Below, piece after piece: positions 1 to 8,937 of a stretch of DNA of 64,000 nucleotides. Location: IMG/VR virus record IMGVR_UViG_3300045988_144650; one strand, written 5' to 3'. Source of the stretch: a virus. The notes beneath the pieces were generated by a model, which saw only the letters and a program-made list of their open reading frames with translations, had not been told where the DNA came from and searched no databases. How positions within the stretch are numbered: the first letter of the stretch is position 1; every line of letters starts with the position of its first letter. Made by a program: the position numbers and the translations under genes.

Positions 1-666
1 GCAGAGATAACGACACTTCCAGAAATCTAACTTTGGTGACCAATCTTCGTTGTTGGTAATGGTCTCAATACTGTCTGCAGCCCACTGCTTTGCTCGTTCC
101 AATTCTTCTTCCCGAAACGGCTCGGAAATCAACTGACCTGTTCTGTAACAATTGAATTCCAACCGCGCAGGATAGCAGTGAAATGTGTCTTTGATCGGGA
201 TGCTGTATAAGTAAAGCTGGCGAAGATATTCGTCCAACTCAGCATCAGATTTGGTTGGCTTCTTTCGTTTGGAACGCTCTTTTAGTGCTCGTGACTTATT
301 GTCCACCAGAATGATACCGTTTTCATCTTTGGCAACACAGTCAATGATGCCCGTAAACGGCTTGTCTCCGATCTTAAATTCCACCTTATGCTCTACACAC
401 AAGGGGTCTGGATAGGGGAACTTGATATCGCTTAGATAAGAGAGACCCTGTTCAAAATAGGATTTGAAGATGTCTCTGTTTGGTGCGATACCACGAACCT
501 CCCCTTTGAACCGAGCCAGATACTCACCAACAAGTTCGTCTTTCTTAAGCTTGCCGGTGAGATACTGCTCAATCAGTTTATGTATGAATGAACCATAGTC
601 CGAAAAGAACAACGGCTTCTTTGGCGTATGCTTAATATAGTTAAGTAGGAAAGCATACGGACACAT
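1..666 (-). CDS. PD-(D/E)xK exonuclease, Cas4/RecB-like with C-terminal Cys cluster. The start is at 666 and the gene runs off the left edge, so it is partial.
   Basis: Manual minus-strand translation from ATG 664-666 reads MCPYAF...GIIDCVAKDENGIILVDNKS...WKCRYLC with no stop before position 1. It carries a D..(E/L)VDxK nuclease motif and a terminal Cys cluster, and lies just before the SSB/ERF genes, a classic exonuclease plus annealase pair. Confidence 0.5.
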   Translation of the reverse strand, partial: MCPYAFLLNYIKHTPKKPLFFSDYGSFIHKLIEQYLTGKLKKDELVGEYLARFKGEVRGIAPNRDIFKSYFEQGLSYLSDIKFPYPDPLCVEHKVEFKIGDKPFTGIIDCVAKDENGIILVDNKSRALKERSKRKKPTKSDAELDEYLRQLYLYSIPIKDTFHCYPARLEFNCYRTGQLISEPFREEELERAKQWAADSIETITNNEDWSPKLDFWKCRYLC

Positions 667-745
667 CTCAAATTGATTGATACGAGAATAAGACCATGTG
701 AAATCAGAGATGATGTTTGAATATTTCACAAGTCATCACCACCGA

Positions 746-1135
746 TTAGAACGGCAGATCGTCTTCGTCAACTTCGCCCTCTTCAGCAAGAGCAGCCTTT
801 TTCTTGGTTGCGGGAGCAGCAGTGCCTGCAGTGGGAGTGGAACCGTCAGCCATCTCAAAACCAAAGACCTTGTAGTTGACATACTCAACCTTCTTTTCCT
901 TATCGTAGGTTGTGCCAACATCACACTCCAGAATCTTGATGCGATCCTTTTCCTTCAGATGTGCAGCCATCTCATGCGCCTGACCAATAAAGGTACAGAA
1001 ACCAGAGAAATCCTGCTCATACTCGTCTGTCTTCTTGTTCTTGCGGCTGGAAGAAAGACGAACTCGGGTGGTGCTGCCGGACTTGCTCGGCTCAGCAGAC
1101 CATACTGTCATATAACCGCCCTGTCGAAAACCCAT
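746..1135 (-). CDS. ssb: Single-stranded DNA-binding protein (SSB).
   Basis: OB-fold-like body with a Gly/Ala-rich linker and the acidic C-terminal tail ...EEGEVDEDDLPF typical of SSB. Confidence 0.8.
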   Translation of the reverse strand: MGFRQGGYMTVWSAEPSKSGSTTRVRLSSSRKNKKTDEYEQDFSGFCTFIGQAHEMAAHLKEKDRIKILECDVGTTYDKEKKVEYVNYKVFGFEMADGSTPTAGTAAPATKKKAALAEEGEVDEDDLPF

Positions 1136-1138
1136 AAC

Positions 1139-1855
1139 TTATTCCTCCTTGTTGTTTGTAATCTCAGCCTTCAGCGCGTTCAGAAGTTCTGTTGCCACGA
1201 CAGGAGACTCGATTGCGTAGTAGTTTGCGGTTGCCTTACCGTTTTCCTTGACATACTTCTTGGTGAGCGCAACAATCTTCTGTTTATCATCAGGATTTGC
1301 GGCGAGATGATCGGTTACCAGCTTGTGGATCTGGTCTACGATCTTTTCTGCAATCAGACGATCTTCCTGATTCTCGGCCTCGCGCTGACGGCTACGCCAG
1401 TTATCGGGATCATCATCGGATGTTGCAACATTGAAATACTTCAGCAGGAAGTAACGGGAAGCATAGGTGAGTGCAGAGCCAAACGCCTGACTGGCATCTG
1501 ACTGAGAGCCAACGAAAAGCCAGGGAACAACAACGCGATCCTCGGGGTTCTCGTCATTGACCCAAATCCAGTCCATGTCTGCACGAACCATGACCTCATT
1601 GATATGCTCTTCGTAAGTTTTTCCGTCCTTGGTAGCCTTTGTCTTGGTGTAGTGATAGGGTTCTACAACGGCGGAACCGTGAGTGATGTTGGGGATCAGT
1701 GAGACACCGTATTTCCCCATAAGACCTGTGATTTTGGAGAGGATCTCTTCCTCATCCACATATGTATAGCCGTAACCCTTGCGGTTTTTCTTTACGACTT
1801 CGACGGGCTTGCGGATCTTGGCAAGCTTCTGATAGATGTTCAAAACCTCTGACAT
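1139..1855 (-). CDS. ERF-family single-strand annealing protein.
   Basis: The motif GSALTYASRYFLLKYF matches the conserved ERF core (compare P22 Erf GATSSYARKYCLNGLF). It sits in a module with SSB and the exonuclease. Confidence 0.7.
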   Translation of the reverse strand: MSEVLNIYQKLAKIRKPVEVVKKNRKGYGYTYVDEEEILSKITGLMGKYGVSLIPNITHGSAVVEPYHYTKTKATKDGKTYEEHINEVMVRADMDWIWVNDENPEDRVVVPWLFVGSQSDASQAFGSALTYASRYFLLKYFNVATSDDDPDNWRSRQREAENQEDRLIAEKIVDQIHKLVTDHLAANPDDKQKIVALTKKYVKENGKATANYYAIESPVVATELLNALKAEITNNKEE

Positions 1856-1857
1856 AT

Positions 1858-2427
1858 TTACTCCTTCTTCTCGACGATAAAAGTAGCTGCTTCATCAGCA
1901 ACATGGACGAGCCAAGCAAGGGGAAACTGCTCGAAAGCATTTCCAACATCCTTGTTGCCATCCCATGACGCCATGTGGCAGTTGATTGAAACAGCTTCTT
2001 CCGGTGTCAGGTTCATAAAGTTCTGAATGATAAACACCGACTTGCTGCCGTGTCCACCGTAACAAAGCTTTTCTTTGATTGAGTAGGCATCATAGCTTTC
2101 CCACTGACCTGCGCTGTTCTTTCTGTTGCGCTTTTCGGTCGTGTAGAAATTGACCTTACAAAGATCGTGAAACAGTGATACGATACGGATCGTGGACTCG
2201 CTAACACTGACACTGTCACCGTAAATCTCCAGCAGACGCTTCAGCTCGTCGTAGACATTCAAAGAATGCTCCAACAAACCTCCGGCGTAATTGCCGTGGA
2301 ACTTGGTGCTTGCCGGCGCCGAATAGAAATCGCTCTTTTCAAGCCACTCCATCAGCTCGTGCATACCGTCGCGGTCAATGTCATTGCACAGCGAAATAAA
2401 ACGCTCCTTGTTGGTCATGGCGACCAT
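1858..2427 (-). CDS. HD-domain phosphohydrolase.
   Basis: H..H...LLEHSLNV and LFHDLCK motifs typical of HD metal-dependent phosphohydrolases. Confidence 0.65.
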   Translation of the reverse strand: MVAMTNKERFISLCNDIDRDGMHELMEWLEKSDFYSAPASTKFHGNYAGGLLEHSLNVYDELKRLLEIYGDSVSVSESTIRIVSLFHDLCKVNFYTTEKRNRKNSAGQWESYDAYSIKEKLCYGGHGSKSVFIIQNFMNLTPEEAVSINCHMASWDGNKDVGNAFEQFPLAWLVHVADEAATFIVEKKE

Positions 2428-2438
2428 CTCCTTTCATT

Positions 2439-2780
2439 CTAAAATCTGAGTTTCTCGGTATACCGAACTACACAGTTCAAAACTTCATAATCGATACCCG
2501 GCTCATGCAAAACCTTGTGGAAAGCATGACCACGAGCATTCTGACTTGCGCTGAGAACTTTGATATAGCTCCCATTTTTGAACTCTATAAAAGAGCTGTT
2601 GGCATTTCTTACTGCTCGATGTGTTGCTTTCTGTTCTTCTTCATCCATGCTCTCAAGCAATTCCAGACAAACGGACAACCTGTTGGCCTGTGTTCTGGTG
2701 AAGATACCGACACAAAACCTTTCCTTGTTCACACATTCGCGAACTGCGGTAAGCATGGTGAGATAATTGAGTTCCTGCAT
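2439..2780 (-). CDS. Hypothetical protein.
   Basis: 113-aa ORF, co-directional and tightly packed with its neighbours. Confidence 0.4.
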   Translation of the reverse strand: MQELNYLTMLTAVRECVNKERFCVGIFTRTQANRLSVCLELLESMDEEEQKATHRAVRNANSSFIEFKNGSYIKVLSASQNARGHAFHKVLHEPGIDYEVLNCVVRYTEKLRF

Positions 2781-2906
2781 CGTGTTCTCCTTGCCAAATG
2801 CGTGTTTTATATGGATTATAGAAATACTGCACCTATCGGACTTAAAGCCGATTTCAAGCCATTAACAGGTGTCACCAAAACGAAAGACTTTGGAAAACTT
2901 ACTGCT

Positions 2907-3101
2907 TCAAAACTTGATAAACTTCTTTTCAAGAGCCTGCGGATTCTTATCCTTGCCGAGCTTTACAAACTTGCCGTCCTTCAGCTCATAGAGGAAATAG
3001 AAATCTCTTGCCGGCTTTGAAGTTGTGATATAACGAAGATTGTGGTCTTTGTCATAATGACCGACCCAAACAATTTCTCCCTTAGGATACTGATATTCCA
3101 T
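2907..3101 (-). CDS. Hypothetical small protein.
   Basis: 64-aa ORF in the operon context. Confidence 0.3.
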   Translation of the reverse strand: MEYQYPKGEIVWVGHYDKDHNLRYITTSKPARDFYFLYELKDGKFVKLGKDKNPQALEKKFIKF

Positions 3102-3186
3102 CTTGTCGCCTCATATTTAAGTATTGATATGCAAGAAAAAGAAGAGGTCGCGAAACCTCTTCTTAAACCGCTGTTCAGTTTATGCC

Positions 3187-3600
3187 CTACTTTTGAAAGA
3201 TGAGCGTTACCCCCAACGGGATGTCGTACAGAATCCTTTCGCCGTCATAATCCAAAAGCTTCTTTTCATCGTTTTCTGACACAAGTTCAATAAAAGTGTC
3301 TTCGACGATATATGTGCCGGTTACTTCAAATGCTTTTCCGTTTTCACTACGAACCATGTGGACTGATCCGTCTTTTGTAAACCTTAGAGTGGTTTCGCTC
3401 CATTCAAGTAGAGAGTAACCACATTGCTCACAGAGATCCATAACATCTGATGCGTCATACACTGTGCCATCATACTCATATTCGCTTACTTTCCAAGTGC
3501 CTGACACAGACGAATCTGTCTTCGTGCAAGAAGCACATAGTACCAAACAGATGAAGGTTAGGAACACTACAATTATTTTGTTACGCAACATTGTAGTCAC
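3187..3600 (-). CDS. Putative lipoprotein.
   Basis: N-terminal hydrophobic signal followed by a Cys (LVLCASCTK lipobox-like), then a soluble domain. Confidence 0.5.
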   Translation of the reverse strand: MTTMLRNKIIVVFLTFICLVLCASCTKTDSSVSGTWKVSEYEYDGTVYDASDVMDLCEQCGYSLLEWSETTLRFTKDGSVHMVRSENGKAFEVTGTYIVEDTFIELVSENDEKKLLDYDGERILYDIPLGVTLIFQK

Positions 3601-4554
3601 CTACCTTGTAAACGCCGCTTTCCAACACTCGTAGTCGTCTTCAAGATCACGACGAATACCGTTGGCAAGCTTATTCCTGGTGTAGTTACGGTGGTACTGG
3701 TGGTCTGTTTTACCCATGCGCTCAACAATGAATGCGTCGAAATTCACTGGCTCTCCAAACCTTTCCATCTCATAGGTCTTATAGAAGAGGCCAGACAGAC
3801 GGATTTTACCATACGATGTTTCAATACCTTCGGCCTTAAACTTCTTACCAATGACTGCCCTTATGGTAGTGAGCTTGATCTGAGCGGAACGAATTCCTCT
3901 CAAAAGATGCTCGCCCGGATACCTGTTACGATACCCACCCTGCTTACCATCAGTATAGTTTGGGTTAACATAGCGAAACTCTGTAGCGTTGCAGGCCATC
4001 TTAAAGGCAGGAACTGCTTCACGATAGATCTCATAAGACTTTCCGCCATGTTCAATCGTCATGGTGTCAAAGTCTACTTCATCGACTGTTACCTCAATCG
4101 CTTCTGCTTCTTCAATGCCTGCAAAACCCATCCAGAGATAACATCTGTATAGACAGTCTACTGTTTCGCTTGCTACCGGTTCAAAGATCTTATTGAGTAT
4201 GGCTTCGAGATGGATTGGAGAAGCTATCATCATGCGTTTCATCTTCTCGTCCATCTCAGTTTTCAGCTCATACACATCGCTACAGGTAGGATAACCTTGT
4301 TCTTTGCACCAGCCGACATACGATCTCAAAAAGGCTATGGTTGAGTCCGTCGTTCTTGTACGGGAGCCAAACTTCGCATTAGCAATAGGCTGTAGGATGT
4401 CCACAGTAAGTTCGCAGAGATCCTTTTCCTCTTTCTGCTCATAGGGCTCTATGGTGTTGAACACAGACTTGCCAAAGTCTACTGAACTTCTCATTTCGGT
4501 CAAAAACCGCATCTTTCGCTCTTCGTTATACATGGGAACCTCCTTACGCAGCAC
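3601..4554 (-). CDS. Hypothetical protein, possibly a degenerate tyrosine-recombinase-like fold.
   Basis: 317 aa with HLLRGIR (HxLR-like) and a late Y (NYTRNK). The box-I Arg is not evident, so the resemblance is weak. Confidence 0.35.
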   Translation of the reverse strand: MLRKEVPMYNEERKMRFLTEMRSSVDFGKSVFNTIEPYEQKEEKDLCELTVDILQPIANAKFGSRTRTTDSTIAFLRSYVGWCKEQGYPTCSDVYELKTEMDEKMKRMMIASPIHLEAILNKIFEPVASETVDCLYRCYLWMGFAGIEEAEAIEVTVDEVDFDTMTIEHGGKSYEIYREAVPAFKMACNATEFRYVNPNYTDGKQGGYRNRYPGEHLLRGIRSAQIKLTTIRAVIGKKFKAEGIETSYGKIRLSGLFYKTYEMERFGEPVNFDAFIVERMGKTDHQYHRNYTRNKLANGIRRDLEDDYECWKAAFTR

Positions 4555-4978
4555 AACAGTTCAGCCGGACGGCTGCCTGCCATACCTCCAGCAGATCGCT
4601 CTCGTTCAGAAACGAGATAGCTGCTGTGGCAAGCAAGTTCGCTGCTGCGATTTTCTTCATATACTCGTCGGGAAGTCTTGTCAGAAACTTTCCGATCCTC
4701 GCCTTAGACATTTTTTCGGGGTTCTCACACAAAACCATGCTGTCTCTCCGCAGACCGGTGTCTGCAGCGAGCACGACCACATGGGTCGGCTGGTTTGTTT
4801 TCTTGATAGAGCTGGTGAGTGGAAGTGCAATCACATTAGGGCTGTGTGCATTACCGACATTATTCTGAAACACCACGCCAGGTCTCCATCCGCTTTGCTC
4901 GTTCCCGCTACCCTCAAACTTCATCAGGTAGACATCTCCGATCACCGGAGCCATACTACTCTGCCGATTCTCGCTCAT
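4544..4978 (-). CDS. MazF/PemK-family endoribonuclease toxin.
   Basis: GDVYLMKF...GWRPGVVFQNN...VIALPLTSS...THVVVL...GLRRDSMVLCE matches the MazF/PemK fold signature. Confidence 0.7.
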   Translation of the reverse strand: MSENRQSSMAPVIGDVYLMKFEGSGNEQSGWRPGVVFQNNVGNAHSPNVIALPLTSSIKKTNQPTHVVVLAADTGLRRDSMVLCENPEKMSKARIGKFLTRLPDEYMKKIAAANLLATAAISFLNESDLLEVWQAAVRLNCCAA

Positions 4979-5073
4979 TCTTCAGTTCCTCCTATGTCGA
5001 GTCCTCTTTCCTCCTGTTGTGACCCAATTATAGCACGAACTGACGCGTATGTCAATACTTATTTATGAAGTTT

Positions 5074-5382
5074 TTAGTAGCATTTCAAAGAAAATTTTAC
5101 GGGGACAGGCGCATTTGCCAGAGAATGGTCGTTGCACAAGAGGATAAAACCCTTTTCTTTGGCGTTAGAGCCATGTTTTTTGATGGTTTCCACATGGCTA
5201 AGGCATAGTTTCGCATCACTATTTTTCAAGGCGATATAAGGTGATGCAGACAGACTTATGGCAATGTGGTCAAAGTGGATAGAGAAGCTTAACGGCGTAA
5301 GCGGATCTTCGTATGTAAGGAGAAAATGGTTGTACGGCTCTGTTTCGGTTCTAAACCGCCCCAGAGAAATGGTAGAATTCAT
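5074..5382 (-). CDS. Hypothetical protein, first gene of the leftward operon.
   Basis: The likely start is ATG at 5382 (MNSTISL...), preceded by GGAGG. The track ORF extends to a GTG at 5403. Confidence 0.35.
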   Translation of the reverse strand: MNSTISLGRFRTETEPYNHFLLTYEDPLTPLSFSIHFDHIAISLSASPYIALKNSDAKLCLSHVETIKKHGSNAKEKGFILLCNDHSLANAPVPVKFSLKCY

Positions 5383-5559
5383 GCAGCATACCTCCAGAAG
5401 CACTTGATTTTTCGCGGCTATCGTGATACACTACAAGCGTTAAGCTGCATATGTGGTAGTGTGCAACTTAGCTTGCAGTTCCTTGCGAGCTGCAATACCA
5501 GGTTTTGATACAACGACCTGGGCTTTCCTTGAGGGCGGGCATTTCGGTGCTCGTCCTCT

Positions 5560-5650
5560 TCTTATATGTACTACAGCTCTTGACACAAACAGTCTTTTGT
5601 GATAACATAGCCATATCAAACAACTGTTTGTGTTCCCTATATTAGCACAA
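5560..5650 (+). promoter_or_regulatory. Repressor-gene promoter with an inverted-repeat operator.
   Basis: TTGACA-17-TAACAT upstream of the cI-like gene. CACAAACAGT and its complement ACTGTTTGTG bracket it, with a third partial copy (CTTTTGTGA) nearby. Confidence 0.4.
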
Positions 5651-5699
5651 GCAGGAAATCATGTCAAGACCTTGATAGTCTCAAAATTAGGAGGCAGTT

Positions 5700-6494
5700 A
5701 TGAATTTTAGTGAAAACTTAAAGAGCATCCGAAGCGATGCCGGAATGACACAGAAATCCCTTGGCGAGAAGATCGGCGTTACTTCGGTCACTATCGGGAA
5801 CTGGGAGCGTGGCGTCCGGCAGCCTTCGTTTGAGCTGCTTCCCAAACTCGCAGACGCTCTTGATACAAGCGTTGATGCGTTGCTTGGAAAACATAGAACC
5901 GCCAGGAGGAACCTTGCGGAAGAGGAACTATTAGCAAACTACAGACAACTTGACGCACACGGTCAAAAACTTGTTCGTATCATATGCAACACAGAACTTG
6001 AACGGTTAAAGCCGCGCAAACCAGATGTTATTCGGTTCCCAGAGAAGAAACAGGAGAGAAAGGTCGCCAGAAAACACAATCGATACATCCCGTTTTACCT
6101 TACACCACCCGCAGCGGGCATTGCTGTTCCGCTTGAGGGCGATGAATTTGAGATGCTTCTGGCTGACGACTCTGTGCCGACAGATGCAGACTATGCCGTT
6201 TGCATTTCTGGCGACAGTATGGAACCTTATATCCATGACGGAGAAATGGTGTTTGTTAAAGAGACGCAGGAATTATACGATGGTGATGTCGGTATTTTCT
6301 GTGTAGATGGCGCAATGTATTGCAAACAATACTATGTTGACGAAGAGAGAAACCTACACTTGCTGTCTGCAAACCCAAACAGGATAAACGCAAACATCTA
6401 TGTAGATGGCGAAAGCGGGTCTTCTGTTAAATGCTGTGGCAAGGTTTTGCTTGGTAAGACAATACCGTTGCCTGATTATTTTGAAGAAGATTAA
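5700..6494 (+). CDS. CI/LexA-like phage repressor with an N-terminal XRE HTH and a C-terminal S24 peptidase domain.
   Basis: HTH reads QKSLGEKIGVTSVTIGNWERG. The S24 catalytic Ser motif GDSMEP and a downstream Lys are present. It is transcribed divergently from the flanking minus-strand operons. Confidence 0.85.
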   Translation: MNFSENLKSIRSDAGMTQKSLGEKIGVTSVTIGNWERGVRQPSFELLPKLADALDTSVDALLGKHRTARRNLAEEELLANYRQLDAHGQKLVRIICNTELERLKPRKPDVIRFPEKKQERKVARKHNRYIPFYLTPPAAGIAVPLEGDEFEMLLADDSVPTDADYAVCISGDSMEPYIHDGEMVFVKETQELYDGDVGIFCVDGAMYCKQYYVDEERNLHLLSANPNRINANIYVDGESGSSVKCCGKVLLGKTIPLPDYFEED

Positions 6495-6495
6495 A

Positions 6496-6523
6496 GAAGA
6501 GGGGTGCAAACCCCTCTTTTTTA
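6496..6523. terminator. Bidirectional rho-independent terminator.
   Basis: GAGGGGTGCAAACCCCTC hairpin followed by TTTTTT on the plus strand and a T-rich run on the minus strand. Confidence 0.5.
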
Positions 6524-7174
6524 TCATGGTATTGAGCAACTCCCCAACACTTCTTTTCTGTCAAATTCAAACATACGCTCTCCATTTGCAGGATCATTTT
6601 GGTGCTGCGGATGGGTTCCTTCCCAATAATACGCTTCTTTTGCAAGGTGCTGATGATAATAAAGCTTAACCTTGGCACCCTGCAGGCGCATTAACTTCAA
6701 AATTGTTTCAGCATACTCATAGGCACTTTCTCTCAAGTCGCGGGTTCCATTTCTCACATAGGCTTTATACCCAAAGGTAGCGGCCAGCATAGAGACTTTT
6801 CCCCTATTTGCGAGCATAATATCCAAAGCTATCGTTTGATTTTTTCTCAAAATCTCACGAGCCTGTTTATGATTAACAACCCCTACGATCTGACTTTCAT
6901 TCAGTACAAAATCCCCATCTAACAGATACCGCCAATGTTCCATAGTTGAAAGCACTTTGGAGATCTCCTCGCGTACCGCTGTATAGTTGCGCTCATCTGC
7001 AATACAGCGTTCCAACCTCGCTTCAAGATCCTTATCAACATAAAGGTCTTCCCAATCTGAAATTATACTATCTCGTTTGCTCTTTTCGCGATCAAATGCA
7101 GCGGCTTTGGACTTATCGCTACCTACTTTGCATAGTACAATCGCAATCAGAACCAGTGCTAAAATCAAACTCAT
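6524..7174 (-). CDS. Membrane-anchored hypothetical protein.
   Basis: N-terminal transmembrane helix (MSLILALVLIAIVL) followed by a soluble domain. Confidence 0.45.
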   Translation of the reverse strand: MSLILALVLIAIVLCKVGSDKSKAAAFDREKSKRDSIISDWEDLYVDKDLEARLERCIADERNYTAVREEISKVLSTMEHWRYLLDGDFVLNESQIVGVVNHKQAREILRKNQTIALDIMLANRGKVSMLAATFGYKAYVRNGTRDLRESAYEYAETILKLMRLQGAKVKLYYHQHLAKEAYYWEGTHPQHQNDPANGERMFEFDRKEVLGSCSIP

Positions 7175-7189
7175 ATGGTAACTCCTTGG

Positions 7190-7420
7190 TTATGCGATAG
7201 CTCTGTCGATGTGATCTTTTGCTTCATCAATGCTACTGATAGCATCTTCCAAATGATCGATTGCTTCTTCCATTGCTTCGCATCTTTCGCTGCTCTGGAG
7301 GTTTTCCGGCATATTATCCAGTGCATCCTGTTCTTCATCTTTGGCGTCTCGAATCAAGTCAATTGCCATATCGAGATAACTTGCGGCAATCTTAATAGAT
7401 GAACGACGGCGCTTATTCAT
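7190..7420 (-). CDS. Hypothetical small helical protein.
   Basis: 76 aa with repeated acidic heptads (IDxxxDAxxxxE). Confidence 0.35.
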   Translation of the reverse strand: MNKRRRSSIKIAASYLDMAIDLIRDAKDEEQDALDNMPENLQSSERCEAMEEAIDHLEDAISSIDEAKDHIDRAIA

Positions 7421-7423
7421 GCG

Positions 7424-7792
7424 TTACACCGCCTTCCAAAGACCTGCTACACTCACCTCAATAATCAAATCTCCGCTCTTGGAAGCGGAGACATCGATTG
7501 AGTCAACCATCGCCAGTAGTTCTGAGAACAGGTCAAGTCCCTCTCGGAACAGATCTACGGCAGGAACCTCCGCCACAATTTTTACTTTGTCAACACCACA
7601 AACATCGGTGTTCTTGATACCGCCATCATTCTGGAGAGCAAACTTTCTGAACTTTTTATAGGTGTTCAGCACACGCTTATACACCTCGTTGTTCATAGTG
7701 TATTTGCCCTCGTATTCTGCAGCGACAGCTTCAATCTTTGCCGCCACAGGTGCTGCAATGTCGACGGTTACTGTGAAATTCTTTTCAGACAT
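7424..7792 (-). CDS. Hypothetical protein.
   Basis: 122-aa ORF, tightly packed. Confidence 0.4.
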   Translation of the reverse strand: MSEKNFTVTVDIAAPVAAKIEAVAAEYEGKYTMNNEVYKRVLNTYKKFRKFALQNDGGIKNTDVCGVDKVKIVAEVPAVDLFREGLDLFSELLAMVDSIDVSASKSGDLIIEVSVAGLWKAV

Positions 7793-7857
7793 AGCATCTT
7801 CCTCTTTTCTTGCATACTCTTATATTATAGCCGAAATTACGGTATTTTTCAACCGAA

Positions 7858-8517
7858 TCACAGCATTACAAGGCACTTGATATCCAGTTTAACAGGAGCG
7901 CCCTTAGGCAGCATAGAAGCAAGAGAATTACAAATCATCTCTCTGTTAAAGTTGCCGGAGAAACTCAGTGTAAACTCCGTCATGGCCATATCAGGTGACT
8001 GCGTCGCGTTATCCAGATCAATAAACGCTTCGGTCTTAGCCGGCTCCTGTTCTTTCTTTGCCACTACAACTTCTTCCTGAGGAGCAACTACACCGCAAAA
8101 CTCTTCAAAAGCCTTACGCTTTTCCTTGGACATACGCTTACCAGGAGAGAAGCGGATACCAATTTCCTCGTGCCCACAGTGCTTTGTTACCGTCTGAGGA
8201 GTAATACCAAACATCTTTGCCAAATCAGAAGCAGTTGTCTGGTATTCGTCAATCAGATTGAGCAGGTATTCCTTCTGGATATGTATAGGGAGTTCACAAA
8301 AATCTTGCCACATAATGGGCTTTCTAAAATTATAGGTCACTGTTTTACCACACCTTTCTAACCACTGTTTATGCGTCAGACGATCTGAGCTAAGATTGCA
8401 TTTCTTGCTCTTACTGCCGCGCTTGCGATATCTTGCTTGGTTTGCAAGCTTTTTCTTTTCTCTTACATCATCATTGAATATCCAATCAACGCGTTCTACT
8501 TCCTGCATAGGCAACAC
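7858..8517 (-). CDS. HTH DNA-binding protein.
   Basis: Helix-turn-helix-like segment TTASDLAKMFGITPQTVTKH and a basic N-terminus. Confidence 0.45.
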   Translation of the reverse strand: MLPMQEVERVDWIFNDDVREKKKLANQARYRKRGSKSKKCNLSSDRLTHKQWLERCGKTVTYNFRKPIMWQDFCELPIHIQKEYLLNLIDEYQTTASDLAKMFGITPQTVTKHCGHEEIGIRFSPGKRMSKEKRKAFEEFCGVVAPQEEVVVAKKEQEPAKTEAFIDLDNATQSPDMAMTEFTLSFSGNFNREMICNSLASMLPKGAPVKLDIKCLVML

Positions 8518-8520
8518 CTC

Positions 8521-8934
8521 TTAAGAAGATTGATAGCTGTACACCCCTTTGCGTGTATCAGCGCTTTCTCTGCCAGCGCAGAGCTTTGACGGATCAAAAT
8601 CCTCGTAGGTAATAACGGCAGGACAATGCTGACACTTGCCTTCGAAAAAGTAGGCATCCCAAAGATCATCGCCGCTTTCACCCTCACCGTGCAGACAGAA
8701 GAGGAGTTCAGGAAAACGCTTGGAGAGAAGACACATATCTTCTTCCCAATCGTACCACTTGGCATTTGCATAGTATCCATACTCAATATCGCCGCCGCCA
8801 TCGAAGATGTTCATCTTTTCGATTTCATCTTCAAGACTTACAAGTGTAATATGAGGAATAGTTGCAGTTGTGTAAGAGTCGGCGCCAACCGTACAAATTG
8901 ACGCTGTAAGTGTGTAATCGGTGTAGTAACCCAT
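8521..8934 (-). CDS. Hypothetical acidic protein.
   Basis: 137-aa ORF immediately downstream of the NifS gene. Confidence 0.4.
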   Translation of the reverse strand: MGYYTDYTLTASICTVGADSYTTATIPHITLVSLEDEIEKMNIFDGGGDIEYGYYANAKWYDWEEDMCLLSKRFPELLFCLHGEGESGDDLWDAYFFEGKCQHCPAVITYEDFDPSKLCAGRESADTRKGVYSYQSS

Positions 8935-8937
8935 AGT

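Noticed and set aside
698-1501. 267-aa plus-strand ORF overlapping SSB and ERF, and many similar plus-strand ORFs across 1-47 kb (for example 2505-3020, 4451-5068, 12173-12964, 24269-25273, 38355-40127, 40027-41649).
   Set aside because: They lie antisense to coherent, motif-bearing minus-strand genes, have low-complexity or Cys/Leu-rich translations and no RBS context. They are shadow ORFs.
5074-5403. Upstream ORF as the MazE-type antitoxin for the MazF-like toxin.
   Set aside because: There is no RHH/AbrB/PHD-like N-terminus or acidic C-terminal tail, and the spacing is 95 bp. It cannot be supported from sequence.
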